From Squalus acanthias (taxonomy: Eukaryota), in assembly GCA_030390025.1 (NCBI GenBank), contig CM059433.1, positions 4,712,001-4,776,000 of the forward strand: a DNA stretch of 64,000 bases, written 5' to 3'. The notes beneath the pieces are model-generated. The model saw nothing but the letters and a program-made list of their open reading frames with translations, searched no databases and had not been told where the DNA came from. The position numbers and the translations under genes were made by a program. This document shows positions 49,625-62,614 of this stretch, piece after piece. The stretch's first letter is position 1; every line of letters starts with the position of its first letter.

Positions 49625-51791
49625 ATTACGTTACTTAAAGGGTTGACGGTGGATAGGCAATGGCAAACATTTAAAGATCGCATGGATGAACTACAGAATT
49701 TGTTCATCCCTGTTTGGCATAAAAAAATAAAACAAAAAAGGTGACTCAACCGTGGCTAACAAGGGAAATTAGGGATAGCATAAGATCAAAGGAGAGGACA
49801 TATAAATTGGCCAGAAAAAGCAGCAAACCTGAGGATTGGGAGCAGTTTAGAAAGTTTAGAAAGGAGGACAAAGGGATTAATTAAGAGGGGGAAAATAGAG
49901 TATGAGAGTAAGCTTGCAAGGAACATAAAAACTGACTGTAAAAGCTTCTGTAGATATGTGAAGAGAAAAAGATTGGTGAAGTCAAGCGTAGGTCCCTTGC
50001 AGTCAGAATCAGGGGAATTTATAATGGGGAACAAAGAAATGGCAGATCAATTAAATACATACTTTGGTTCTGTCTTCACAAAGGAGGACACAAATAACCT
50101 CCTAGAGATGTCGGGGAACATAGGGTCTGATGAGAGGGAGGAATTGAATGAAATCAGTAATTGTAGGGAAATGGTGTTAGGGAAATTGACGGGATTGAAG
50201 GCCGATAAATCCCCAGGGCCTGATAATCTACATCCTAGGGTACTTAAGGAAGTGGCTCTAGAAATAGTAGATGCATTGCTGGTCATCTTCCAAAATTCTA
50301 TAGACTCTGGCACAGTTCCCATGGATTGGAGGGTAGCTAATGTAACCCCACTATTTAAAAAAGGTGGGAGAGAGAAAACGGGGAATTATAGACCGGTAAG
50401 CCTGACATCGGTAGTGGGGAAAATGCTAGAGTCCATTATAAAAGATGTAATAGCAGAGCACTTGGAAAACAGTGACAGGATCGGACAAAGTCAACATGGA
50501 TTTACAAAAGGTAAATCATGCTTGACTAATCTACTGGAATTTTTTGAGGATGTAACTGGTAGAATAGATAAGGGAGAACCAGTGGATGTGGTGTATTTGG
50601 ACTTTCAGAAGGCTTTCGATAAGGTCCCACATAAGAGATTGGCGTGCAAAGTTAAAGCACATGGGATTGGGGGTAAGCTACTGACTTGGATAGAGAACTG
50701 GTTGGCAGACAGGAAGCAAAGAGTTGGAATAAACGGGTCTTTTTCCGAGTGGCAGGCAGCGACTAGTGGGGTACCGCAGGGATCGGTGCTAGGACCCCAG
50801 TTATTCACAATATATATTAATGATCTAGACGAGGGAACTAGATGTAATATCTCCAAGTTTGCAGAGGACACAAAGCTGGGTGGGCGTGTGTGCTGTGAGG
50901 AGGATGCAGAGAAACTCCAGTATGATTTGGACAGGTTGGGTGATTATACTGCATTTGCCATGCATCTGCCCAATGTGGATAAATGCGAGGTTATCCACTT
51001 CGGTGGCAAAAACAGGAAGACAGATTATTATCTGAAAGGCAATAGATTAGGAAAAGGGGAAGTGCAACGAGACCTGGGTGTCCTTGTGCACCAGTCACTG
51101 AAGGTAAGCATGCAGGTGCAGCAGGCGGTTAAGAAGGCAAATGGTATGTTGGCCTTCATAGCGAGAAGATTAGAGTACAGGAGCAAGGATGTCTTGCTGC
51201 AGTTGTACAGGGCCTTGGTGAGACCACACCTTGAGTATTGTGTGCAGTTTTGGTTGCCTTATCTGAGGAAGGATGTTCTTGCCATGGAGAGAGTGCAGCG
51301 AAGATTCACCAGACTGATACCTGGGATGGCAGGAATGACGTATGAGGAGAGATTGGGTCGATTAGGCTTACATTCGCTAGAGTTTAGAAGAATGAGAGGG
51401 GAATCTCATTGAAACTTTTAAAATTCTAACAGGACTAGACAGACTAGATGCAGGAAGGATGTTCCCGATGGCCGGGGAGTCCAGAACCAGGGGTCACAGT
51501 CTAAGGATAAGGGGTAAGCCATTTAGGACTGAGATGAGGAGGAATTTCTTCACCCAGAGAGTGGTGAACCTGTGGGATTCTCTACCACAGAAGGCAGTAG
51601 AGGCCAATTCATTAAATATATTCAAGAAGGAGTTAGATATATTTCTTAAGGCTAAAGGGATCAAGGGATATGGGGAGAAAGCAGGGACAGGGTTCTGAAT
51701 TTGGATGATCAGCCATGATCTCATTAAATGGCGGAGCAGGCTCGAGGGGCCGAATGGCCTACTCCTGCTCCTATCTTCTATGTTTCTATGT
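49625..51791 (+). mobile_element. CR1 LINE, 5'-truncated; 484-aa RT ORF 49958-51412, probably inactive
   Basis: RT motifs present but catalytic FADD reads FAED (50858-50869); frameshift near 51400; AATAT TSD at 49620 and 51792. Confidence 0.95.
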
Positions 51792-52647
51792 AATATGAAG
51801 AACGGCCACTTGGGTTAGGTACCAGAGACCGCAGCTACCCACGGACCCGTACCCTAATACGAGCCTTTAGGAGAGGGGAGAAAAATTGGGAAATTAAAAG
51901 GTAGTTTGGTACAGGTCAGCTCTCCTTAGATCAAAAGGAACAAAGTCCTTCATCAGGATCAGTTGATGTTGAAGTTTGAAACATGAAGATGTTTGATTGA
52001 ATCTGATAAAATGTTTTTGAGGGGATGAGTTTATGTTGAAGTATAGGATATTTGCAGGCAGACTGTCAAATGAATGGACAGTTGTGAAAGGGATCTGGCA
52101 ACTGAGCAGAAAAGTTTAGTTTGCATCAATCGCAAATTAAGTTTGAGTGCTAAACAAAGGACAGCTCCTTAAACCATTTCAAATAGACCCTCTTCCAGCT
52201 TCTGTTTCCACAGAATTGCACAATGCTGATTAGAATTTTTGTAATTTAATCAATAAATTCTTGGGTTCAAACAGTCCACCTTGACATTGAACTTACTGAG
52301 ATCGAGGACCAGTTGTGTGTGTTTAATAGGCCAGGTCAGACATATTATTGATTCAACAACTGTGTTCTTCTCATGCTATACATTTATTTTCATCCAATAT
52401 CAAAAAGATAAACTTGAATTTCAGTTCTAAAATTTGAAAATTGCCTTTGCCTTGACTTCCATATGCAACAAAATTAGATATTTCTACAGGTGATCCCAGA
52501 GCATTCAGTTAAATTAGATCTGCATGAGCATGCAATAAATATGACTGATGGGGCTCCTGTGGACCTCCTGTCCAATGCGAGCAGTTCTTTCACTTCTGAC
52601 TGGTCAATCATCATGTACGTCCACTCATGATCGATGGCGAAGATTGA

Positions 52648-52670
52648 CCACACACACACACACACACACA
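52648..52670. repeat. (CA)n microsatellite
   Basis: Directly visible. Confidence 0.9.
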
Positions 52671-53210
52671 CGACACAAGTCCAGCCAACAAGCCCATGCT
52701 CACACTGCCGACAGTTCACATAAAATGGAACACTGCCCATCCCTTGTGGACCCAGTTCAGACAATTCAATACATTTTTTTTGCACCCAACATAAAAGTCA
52801 GCTCCCACAAGCATGCCTGCACTTATCATCAAGACCACGTGGACAAAGTCATCTGGCACAGCATGCCCAGGACGAATAATAGACCTCCTTATTCCCTGGA
52901 TTTCACATTGGATATTCGCTATGGGCTCATGCCACTTCAGAAAAAGATTATCAGCAATGCCAGACACTTTCATAGCAAATTCAACCACCAAACAACTTTA
53001 TTCACTGTTAGCAACAGCAAGTTATCAAAGTTAGTCCAAATACCAACAGTTTTGAACCAGATACTGAAAGGATAAACTGAAGCCAGTCAGTTGAATTACT
53101 TTGAAGTTTTCTTTTACAGATCGTTCAAACAAAGGAGAGACTTCTTCGAGAGGGAGTCACTGTCCAATCCCCACTAGTTACAGCCTTTCTCCGGGCTATG
53201 AAGACACCTT

Positions 53211-55325
53211 GGGGGTTAAATTGCATAATCCCCAAAAACAGGCGTGGGGACTGCAGTACGCAATTAACCCGTGCCTGTACAATATGTTGCAGGCAGCCCA
53301 TTAAATTTATGCTGCCTGCTGTTTTAACTGATCGCTGCGTGCAGCCAGCACTACCCGCACTGTTCATTGGCTGCACACATCAGCAGGGGGGCCGATTTCG
53401 CGAGTGGCCAGCGCTATTTAAAGGCAGCCTGCACCTCTTAAAGGGGAGGTGCATTGTAGATGCAGAGAAGTGGCGAGAGTCCTTTGAAAAGTGAATCTGT
53501 GCTGTGACGCTTTGAGGAATGGCTGATCATGCGAGAGAGCGAGAACCAAGGTTTACCGACACTGCACTGGAGGTCTTGGTGCAGGACATGGAGAGAAGGG
53601 AGAGGCGTCCTGCATCCGCGGGGGTGGCAGGAGGCCCTCCAGACACATGCTCGGGGGGCAGTGGGAAGAAGCAATGGCAGAAGTCAATGCCTGGAATGAT
53701 GTTTGTTCGAAGAACATGGATGCCGCGCAGGAAGAAGTTCACACGAGTTGTCAAGGTCAGCGAGTTCAATCTTCAAATGGCATATTTGACCAACTGCACC
53801 ACTGACCTCAGCCACTGCTCAATTCACTGCACCCCCATCACCCACCTACCAACAATCTCTATCAATAATACTCAACCCTTCAATTCATCTGCTTTTCCTC
53901 ACCCTCACACACTTAGCATGGTTACAAGCTTCGCACCCGCAACTCTCAGCTCGTACCCACTGGCGGCTATTCAACCATGACAGCCACATCACCCAAACAC
54001 ATTGCACGACACGACACTCACTGACACATTTCCCTCTTTCTTGCAGGAGAAGGTGGCGCATAACAACAGGCAGCTGCAAAGAACGGGAGGAGGACAAGCC
54101 CTCCTGCATGTTTTAACCCCCATGGAGTAGACTGTGTTGGCCATCATGGGAAGGGGCATCGCTGAGGCCGTGGCCACTGGTGTGGTTGGAGGGACTGATG
54201 ATGAGGGTGAAGGTATCTGCATACCTAGTCCTCCTCCTCTCTTCCCACTGCTCCCTCATCCCACAATCTCATCTGACTCACAAGCACGCACTTCTTACTT
54301 TTTCATCACCCCTCACCACAACCCAACATTTGTCCCTTTTTCATTTCAGATACCCAAGAACTGGCACCTTCCCAATCAGAGGAGGAAGAAGACAGTGATG
54401 GTGAAGAGACACCGTCACTCAACCTTGCGCTCGCAGCCACCAGCTCAGACACCGACACTGTGCGTATTTTAGAGGCTAGGAGAGAGGAGGGATCTGCACA
54501 TGGTAAGATACCGGGCACAAGAGCCAGGGTGGGGGGGGAAAAAGGACAGCACAGGTGCCAGCTCACCAGAGGCAATGCTCTCCTTGCCCTGCTTTGAGGC
54601 TGCAGTTGGCAGATTTCAGTCACGATTTCTTTTGAGAGGCGAAGACGTCTCATGGTTGGCCCTCACTGAAGTAGAGGCAAGAGAATTGCTCCCTGAAGAC
54701 TCTCAGGGAATATGACCTCCTGCTGTGTGCCATTCTCCTCCTCCTCCTCCCTCTTCGAGCAGCTTGTCCTGCTCTGCGTGGCCTCTCTTCATTCTCTCAG
54801 TCACGTTCAATTCCCAGAGGAAGCCCCACCAGGCCACCCATGTCTGGAAACAACTTGTTTCAGCGTAAGATTTTGAATGACAAAAATAATACTTCTTCAA
54901 GACCAGCCAGAACACTCCCTGTAGAGTATTCAGACTTTAGCCAAGGACAGTAAAGCTCCAAAAATGCGTACAATTTATCCAGCATCTAATCTGCAAGTTC
55001 TTCATGAGCCCTTCAAATAGCACTGGTGAGGAGTGCTTCATTACATTTAGCTTCGTGTTCAGCTGTGTGAGGCTAAGATCGGAGCACAGAGTTCAAAAAT
55101 GGCAGCACTGGCATCAAATCAGCATTGCACGCTGAACTACCCATCATCTCGCTGCTTTACATTTCGCTGGCAGTCGTTAGGCGCGCACACAAACCCCTTT
55201 ACCAAGATGGCGTCCTGCGCACTTCCCGACGGATATTTGCACGCACATCTCGGACCTCATTTTCGATGCTTATGTGGCCGCATAGCGCCTAAAAAGAGGT
55301 CGCGGCACGGCCCAATTTAGCCCCT
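53211..55325. mobile_element. Internally deleted Harbinger transposon (Myb/SANT + at 53519-~54570; transposase 5' remnant - at ~54580-54860)
   Basis: TIR GGGGTTAAATTG / CAATTTAGCCCC; MADHAREREPRFTDTALEVLVQ...RRTW...RKKF; RRLRLSKEIVTEICQLQP on the minus strand. Confidence 0.85.
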
Positions 55326-55373
55326 CCCCCAACTTATCTACGGAGTTGCATTTTGCACCACGTTAGTTGTGAC

Positions 55374-55535
55374 CAATGTTCCCGTTTAGCCACTCGGCCG
55401 CGCAGCAGTCTGACGCTCCCGCGCAGGCCGCCTGCCGGTTTCTCAAATGGAAAAACCGCGCAGGCGCGGAAGTTTGAATGGGCCGCGCAGCCCCTTAAAG
55501 GAGCCGGGCACCCAAAAATATTAGAGGGAACGTTG
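55374..55535. mobile_element. hAT-type MITE
   Basis: TIR CAATGTTCCC / GGGAACGTTG; 8-bp TSD GTTGTGAC / GTCGTGAC. Confidence 0.8.
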
Positions 55536-57334
55536 GTCGTGACTAGATTAAAAATGTAACTGGCGTATTAAAAGTGTCATACTCATAAACCCCTTTAAAT
55601 AGTGCTCCCTTGGAGAAGTCACTCTACAAAGCAAAGGTCAATTCTTACTATATTCATCACTTATAAACACAAATGGCCTGAAGTTGGCAACCTGTCGTAT
55701 TTGATAAAAATTATAAATAGGCAACGCCCAAATTTGGATCATTAGGGCATTCCAATGAAACCCTATTCAAAGCAAGCGGCCTTCCTGATTTGATTAGATT
55801 GAGTGGATGTTATGCATTCTTAACAACTTTCCAATTAGTATATAAGCATTTTAAGTACTTCATTACATGACAGAATTTCTATATCCACGTTGACAATATG
55901 CTGGGTTAATGAATGCAGCGCATCCGGTTTGAGCATGATATTTTTAAAGAGGATCTGTTTTGAACTAAGAAATACTGTAAAGAGCGGACGTAAATAAACT
56001 ATGGACAAAGTACTCCACTTTGTTCACTGAAACTATACGTTACACAAGAACTTTTTATGTTATCATAGCAAGGTAATATATTTTAGGAGAAAGTTTCAAA
56101 TTAACAAGGGTATCGTGACTAAACGATCACCCCAATTCCTCTCCTGCAACGTTCTGCACATCACCTCCATATCTCCCCACAGCAACTTCAAGATCCTCGT
56201 CCTCCTTTTCAAATCTCGCGCTAAACCACACTCCCCTTCTCCACCCATGTGTCCCTGCCCATTGCTTCTCGTTCCTCTCACTCTGGATTACTGCTCATCC
56301 CAGGCTCCACCATCAGAGGCTGACCTTTTCTCTTGGGAATTTTCTCCTGAAACCGCTTTGCCTTGCGACCTCGCTCCTGTCCTTCACAAAGGAGTTTTCA
56401 AATTGTGTGCGTGTGAGGGTCCCTTGAAATATTAATGCTCTCCCAGGGATCGCCTGCAAATATTCACACAGAAATTAATGCCATGATTACAGGAAATATT
56501 TTTTTTTAAACTAGCATACAGCAACATAATGTGTTCGCAAATCAAAAAATACAGAAAACATACATAAACCTGATAACTTCACAGACCCATTGAGATCCAG
56601 GGAGTTTGAAAACAGCAAAAGTCTCCTAAATCCTATCTCTTAAACTGTGCTTTCAGTCTGCCCCCTTTCATTTTTTCACTGTCTTCCTATCCCCTTTGTA
56701 AGGTGCTTCTATATATTTTTCTACATGAAGGGTATTATACAAATACAAACAGCTGTTGATCTGCAGCCAGCTTCTAGGAGGCACGTAAGAGAAGCTAGCC
56801 AGTATAGTACTGACAACATCGGACTTACACCCAACCTCCACTAGGCACTGCTCCCAGAGATTAGTAACATGAATTGTGGGCGAATCAACCTGCGTCCCAC
56901 CACTCTGTGACCTAGTACCACAATGAGACACACGAATAGGCTACTTGCCTGGATTGTTATTTATGATGACAAGCACCTCCAGTCCGAACTCACAGACAGT
57001 ACACTTGGGAAAGGCTTCGTGGTCTGACAGATCATGACATGCTCCTCGACAAAATGTTGAATGCAGCAATCAGCAACAGACAGCAATCCTAACCAATCGC
57101 TCCACCTGATTAGAACACTGACATAATAAAAGCTGGCAAGTGCTCACAGTTCTACATTGCAGAAAACCAACTTAAAGTTGCATAAAGTTTCTTTTCTTTT
57201 AAAAGTACAGCAGTTCAGACACAAACTACAACTTCTGTGCAGTAAAGCTTCAACAGCTTGAACCAGATCTGGCCTCAGAAGACTCTCAAAGCAAGTATAT
57301 ATATATATTTTTTTTTTTAAATGGCTTAATGCCA

Positions 57335-57347
57335 GGCCATCCTGACC
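57335..57347. promoter_or_regulatory. Near-consensus ERE (1 mismatch) in apparently unique sequence
   Basis: GGCCAtccTGACC. Confidence 0.35.
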
Positions 57348-57994
57348 GATAAAAACGCTTCTTCCCTTGTATTGTAATAACCTAATTGAGTGTACTGCAC
57401 AACAACCCATGAATTATACAGCTAATTACAAGGTTCATACGAGCCAGGCTCCTACAGAAAGACAAGGCAAGCTGACAACAACAATTCTACATCTGAATAT
57501 TCCAGTCACTGTCTGGCTTCACGCCTGCAGTAACCCTTTATAGACGGTGCTATTTTTACACTGTATCTATAAATAAAAGATCAGAAGTTCAGTAATCATC
57601 TTACACCAGTTACAGGAGTAAAACGAGTGATGTGTTACACCACAAACTCGAAGAGCTGGTTTAATATTGTGTGTTATCCATTCCTCAGAATTTAAATTTT
57701 AAGTTTTAAATGTTAGTAAAACATATTATGGAATATTACAGGGTAAAATATCAGTCAAAATTATTCTCTCGTGAGATATTGTACTGTAATCCAAAAATCT
57801 TGAGACAACTTTCAAAATATTTGCACTCGGATTTGGTGTACAGAAATGTAAACACTGTTCCTCAATACCGCAGGTAGGTTTCACAGGAGTAAGATACAAA
57901 ATTACCTTTCGCACAAAGTTAAATAAGGTAACTAAAACAAATACCAAAACAATTTATTTTGTACCTTTATACAAGAGCCAGATTTGAAGTGCGA

Positions 57995-58432
57995 GTGTCA
58001 GCCGTGGCTCAGTGGGTAGCACACTCGCCTCTGAGTCAGAAGGTTGTGGATTCGAGTCCCACTCCAGGGACTCGAGCACATATGAAAAGCTAGGCTGACA
58101 CTCCTGTGCAGTGCTGAGGGAGTGCCGCACTGTCGGAGGTGCCGTCTTTCAGATGAGACATTAAACCGAGGCTCTGTCAGGTGGACATAAAAAGATCCCA
58201 CGGCACTATTTCGAAGAGGAGCAGGGGAGTAATCCCCCCTGGTGTCCTGGACAATATTTATCCCTCAATCAACATAACAAAAACAGATTATCTGGTCATT
58301 GCTGTTTGTGAGATCTTGCTGTGTGCAAATTGGCTGCAGCATTTCCCCCATTACTGTACTTCATTGGCTGTAAAGTGCTTTGAGACATCCGGTGGTCGTG
58401 AAAGGCGCTGCACAAATGCAAGTCTTTCTTTT
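57995..58432 (+). mobile_element. DeuSINE (SacSINE1-like)
   Basis: A/B boxes and Deu core. Confidence 0.88.
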
Positions 58433-58954
58433 TTTAATCCAAACTATCACATTTCTTCAGGAAAATCCAAATTTAGTCCAATTTATTGAGAAATCTTTTC
58501 CAGTCATTATGGATTTCCTTTATTTTCTGACCCTCACAGGAAGAGGATCAGGACATGCCATTCAACAAATTGGAGGTAGGGAGAGAAGTTAATAAAAGGA
58601 ACAGATTCAAGTCCCATCTCAGGGCAATGGGCTAGAGGGATCTGCCCTTCCAGACACCATTCATGTACAGGACCACACAGCTATTTTCCATAATAGAGCA
58701 CAATGTTGAGCCAGGTTCAACTTGGTACATTCAGGACCTGAAAAACATGAGATGGTCACAGTGTACAAAGTCCTCCCCACTTCGCCCTACAGAGCAAACT
58801 AATCTTGCTCACCATTTAATCATAGATGCAAACATTTGCATCGAACATATTGTTCAGATCAATATATAGATTCTATGCTCGTCCATCCTATTCAGTCAGT
58901 GAAGCATCCATAGGAGTCACAGCTTTTGTATTGGCTGTTGTAACCCGATACCTA

Positions 58955-59390
58955 GTGGGCCTTGGCTCAGTGGTCGCACTCTTGCCCGAGTCAGAAGGTC
59001 ATGAGTGCAAGCCCCACTCCAGGGACCCGAGCACATAATCTAGGCTGGCACTTGCTGAGGGTGTGTTGCGCTGTCGGAGATGCCATTTTTATGAGGAGGT
59101 GTTAAACCGAGGCCGCGTCTGCCCTCTCATGTGGATGTAAAAGATCCCAGGTCACCATTCAAAGACGAGCGCTCTCAGTGTCCTGGCCAACAATTATCCT
59201 GCAAGCAACGCCTAAAAACAGATAATCTGGTCATTTATTTCATTACTGTTTGTGGGGCCTTGCTGTGTGCAAATTGGCTGCCGTGTTTCCAACATTACAC
59301 AGTGAGAACACTTCAAGAGTACTTCTTTAGCTGTAAAGCGCTTTAGGATGTCAAGAAAGGTGCTATATAAATGCAAGTTCTTTCTTTCCT
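58955..59390 (+). mobile_element. Older DeuSINE copy
   Basis: Degenerate A box, Deu core and tail. Confidence 0.75.
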
Positions 59391-60649
59391 TCTTTCTTTA
59401 CTTTTAACATTGTCCTGTTTTTGCACCACTGGGAGTCCTCAGCAGACAACATCATGATCGGGGACTTCTTGGGTGATTACTTGTTCAAAATAGTTCCACC
59501 AGAGGGACCTCCTGAAGCTAGACATGAGGAACCACAAGGTGGCCATAGACATTGTTCCCATTGATGCACATTGACCAGAAACCTTCAGGCTTTGTTTAGC
59601 CATCTTTACTTTGTTTAGCCATCTTTACTAAGTACAGGTAAGGATATATGTAAAATTATTGGAGACTTTAATCAGCTGCTAACACTGACTGACACTTAAA
59701 TGAAAGGTATAGGGGAATTCTGTATTGGAAATTTAAAAAATGTGAAAATAATGATTTGAGGGGATAATTGGCCCACAGCTAGACTGTATGATGACAGGCA
59801 CAGTAATCAGTTAGAATTTCTCTTCATTAATAAATACTTTCAAGTCTATTGTGAATTATACCCACCTGAAGTGTGGACACCAAATATGCGGAGTAACCCT
59901 CACGGTACAAGCTCGAACCATTGGAAGCATAACAATACCCTGATGTTATTCAAATAATGTGAAGAAAATAATTTTAGCTGCAGACAAGGGGCAGTTAGAC
60001 TAAATTAGCGGAACAGAGAAGATAAGCAATAGAAAGCCTACAGCAATGAAGCAGAAAACAAACTGATAATGGGGCTGGTGCTGCCAATAAGCTCATGGGG
60101 ATCTCTTAAACCAGCAGGTTGCTTTGTTGCTCAACTCAAACGGTGACATGGAACTCACCCAAGCTGGTTAGTTACTGTATTTTTCCACTGGTGCTCTGCG
60201 CTCGCTCTCCGTCATGCAATGACTAAAAAAGGTGTATGTGCTCCAACAAGCCACCATCTTGGTGACAGAGAACAGAGGTCCCGAAGCAACTAAGTAACAA
60301 AGATAAAACAAGATGATTTGGGGTGAAATGGATACTTCGATAAATGGTTACTATTATTGTGCTCTAAGCCAGGTCTTAAATCCTTGGAGCTAATAGAGCT
60401 GGTTTCTCTTGAAATATTCCTTGGCAGCTTGTTGGATACAACCTAGAAGCTGTGATCAACTAGTCGGCAATCAGAAAAGCCTTCCTGCAGCTTAAGAGAA
60501 AACTTGATACCAGGACTTGTCCCATACGGAGTACAAGTTAAGCTGAGCAATTTAAGCAAGGAACTGGGAAAGATCATTGAAAGAAAAACACATGACTCAA
60601 GCCAAAAGGCCTAATTTGAGTGTTGTACTGAGGAAACAATTTTCAATTC

Positions 60650-61030
60650 TATTCCAATGCTCCCCGGCCGGCCTCCCACCTTACAGGCTCCGTAAACTTA
60701 AGCTCACCCAAAAACTCTGCTGCCCATATCCTAACTCGCACCACCCCTGTGCTCACGGACCTGCACTGGCTCCCGGTTAAGCAACGCCTCAATTTTAAAA
60801 CTCTCATCCTTGTTTTCAAATCCCTCGTGTCCGACTGCTTTCCTATCTTTGCCACGTCCTCCAGCCCCACAACCCTCCGAGATCTCTGCGCTCCTCCAAT
60901 TCTGGCCTCTTGCACATCCCCGATTTCCATCGCTCCACCATTAACGGCCATGTCTTCAGCTGCCTGGGCCCTCGGCTCTGGAGCACCTGCTTAAACCTCT
61001 CCACCTCTCTCTCTTCCTTTAAGACGCTCC
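60650..61030 (+). mobile_element. L2 3' fragment
   Basis: LTDLHWLPVKQRLNFKTLILVFKSL. Confidence 0.85.
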
Positions 61031-62318
61031 ATCTCTGGGGATAGGTTATTGACTAACATTCACTACAAGCCCACTAACTCCCACAGCTACCTGGACTACA
61101 CTTCCTCCCACCCCGCCTCCTGTAAGGACTCTATTCCATTCTCCCAGTTTCTCCGTCTCCGCCGCATCTGCTCTGATGATGCCACCTTCCATACCAGTGC
61201 TTCCGACATGTCTTCCTGTTTCCTCAACCGAGGATTCCCCTCTACCGTGGTTGACACGGCCCTCGACCGTGTCCGTTCCATCTCCCGCACTTCTGCCCTC
61301 ACCCCTGCCCCTCCCTGAACCACGATAGAGTTCCCCTTGTCCTCACCTTTCACCCCACCAGCCTTCACATTCAACGGATCATCCTCCGCCATTTCCGCCA
61401 CCTCCAGCGTGATCCCACCACCAAACGCATCTTCCCCTCACCTCCCCTTTCAGCATTCCGCAGGGACTGCTCCCTCCACGACACCCTAGTCCACTCCTCT
61501 ACCACCCCCAGCACCCCTTCCCCTTCACCCGGCACCTTCCCGTGCAAGCGCAGGAGATGCAACACATGCCCTTATACCTCCCCCTTTCCCACTGTCCAGG
61601 GCCCCAAACACCCCTTCCAGGTGAAACAGCGATTTACTTGTACTTCCTGCAATTTAGTATACTGTATTCGCTGCTCACGATGTGGTCTCCTCTACATTGG
61701 GGAGACCAAACGCAGATTGGGTGACCGCTTTGCGGAACACCACCGTTCAGTCCGTAAGGGGGACCCTGAGCTCCCGGTCGCCTGTCACTGTAATTCACCG
61801 CTTCACTCCCACTCTGACCTCACCGTCCTCGGCCCATTACACTGTTCCACGGAAGCGCAGCGTAAGCTCGAGGAACAGCACCTCATCTTTCGTTTAGGCA
61901 TGCTACAGCCCTCTGGACTCAATATCGAGTTCAACAATTTTAGATCATAACCTTAGCCCCATCACATTTATATTTTATTTTCTCATCCACCCTTTTATTT
62001 GCCCCCCCCCCCCTTTTTTTCCCTCCTAGAAGCTGGCAGCTGTCCTTCATTCTGCCAGTGCATTTCACACTTCTTTTAGCCTTAACCTGTCACATTAACA
62101 CCACCTCTTGCCTTGAATATCTCTTAATGTCTCTTAATCTCTCCTTTTGTTCTTTCATCCCCTCCCCCTTTTCCCAGCTTTATCCTTGCCTTAAATCTAT
62201 TTGATTTCCTGCTGTCTCCAGTTCTGATGAAAGGTCTCGACCTGAAACGTTAACTCTGTTTCTCTCTCCACGGATGCTGCCTCGCCTGCTGAGTTTTTCC
62301 AGCGTTTTCTGTTGTTAT
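61031..62318 (+). mobile_element. Penelope-like element 3' half: RT thumb, GIY-YIG endonuclease and pLTR
   Basis: HYKPTNSHSYLDYTSSHP..CKDSIPFSQFLRLRRICS; NLVYCIRCSRCGLLYIGETKRRLGDRFAEH...GLN; premature stop at 61316-61318. Confidence 0.93.
62220..62255 (+). ncRNA. Minimal type I hammerhead ribozyme in Penelope pLTR
   Basis: AGTT-CTGATGA-A-AGGTC tc GACCT-GAAAC-GTT-AACT: intact core, 5-bp stem II, palindromic ACGT stem III, 4-bp stem I. Confidence 0.8.
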
Positions 62319-62324
62319 CTCTAT

Positions 62325-62495
62325 TTATGAAGCCCAGGATCCCGGATGCTTTTTTAAACCACTTTCTCAACCTGCCCTGCCACCTTCAACGATTTGTGCA
62401 CATACACCCCCAGGTCTCGCTGTTCATGCACCCGCTTTAGGATTGTACCCTTTAGTTTATATTGCCTCTCCTCGTTCTTCCTACCAAAATGTATC
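62325..62495 (-). mobile_element. CR1 fragment
   Basis: IHFGRKNEERQYKLKG...EQRDLGVYVHKSLKV. Confidence 0.8.
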
Positions 62496-62614
62496 AAATG
62501 TATTAACAGAGCCAAAGTATATTTAATGTAAAAGCCGAGGAGATACAGACATACCAGAATGAAGGACAGGAAAAGAGCAGCTGTTCGATCGAGTCTGTCA
62601 TGGTCCAACTGATG

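Noticed and set aside
49958..51412. 484-aa ORF as an active or domesticated reverse transcriptase
   Set aside because: 5'-truncated (no endonuclease), FADD changed to FAED, internal inversion and C-terminal frameshift.
52474..53075. Overlapping Cys/His-rich ORFs
   Set aside because: No convincing domain; they include a CA microsatellite. Possibly a decayed repeat, but I cannot assign it.
59590..59627. 19-bp direct duplication (similar 17-bp duplication at 40364-40397)
   Set aside because: Ordinary two-copy slippage with no further structure.
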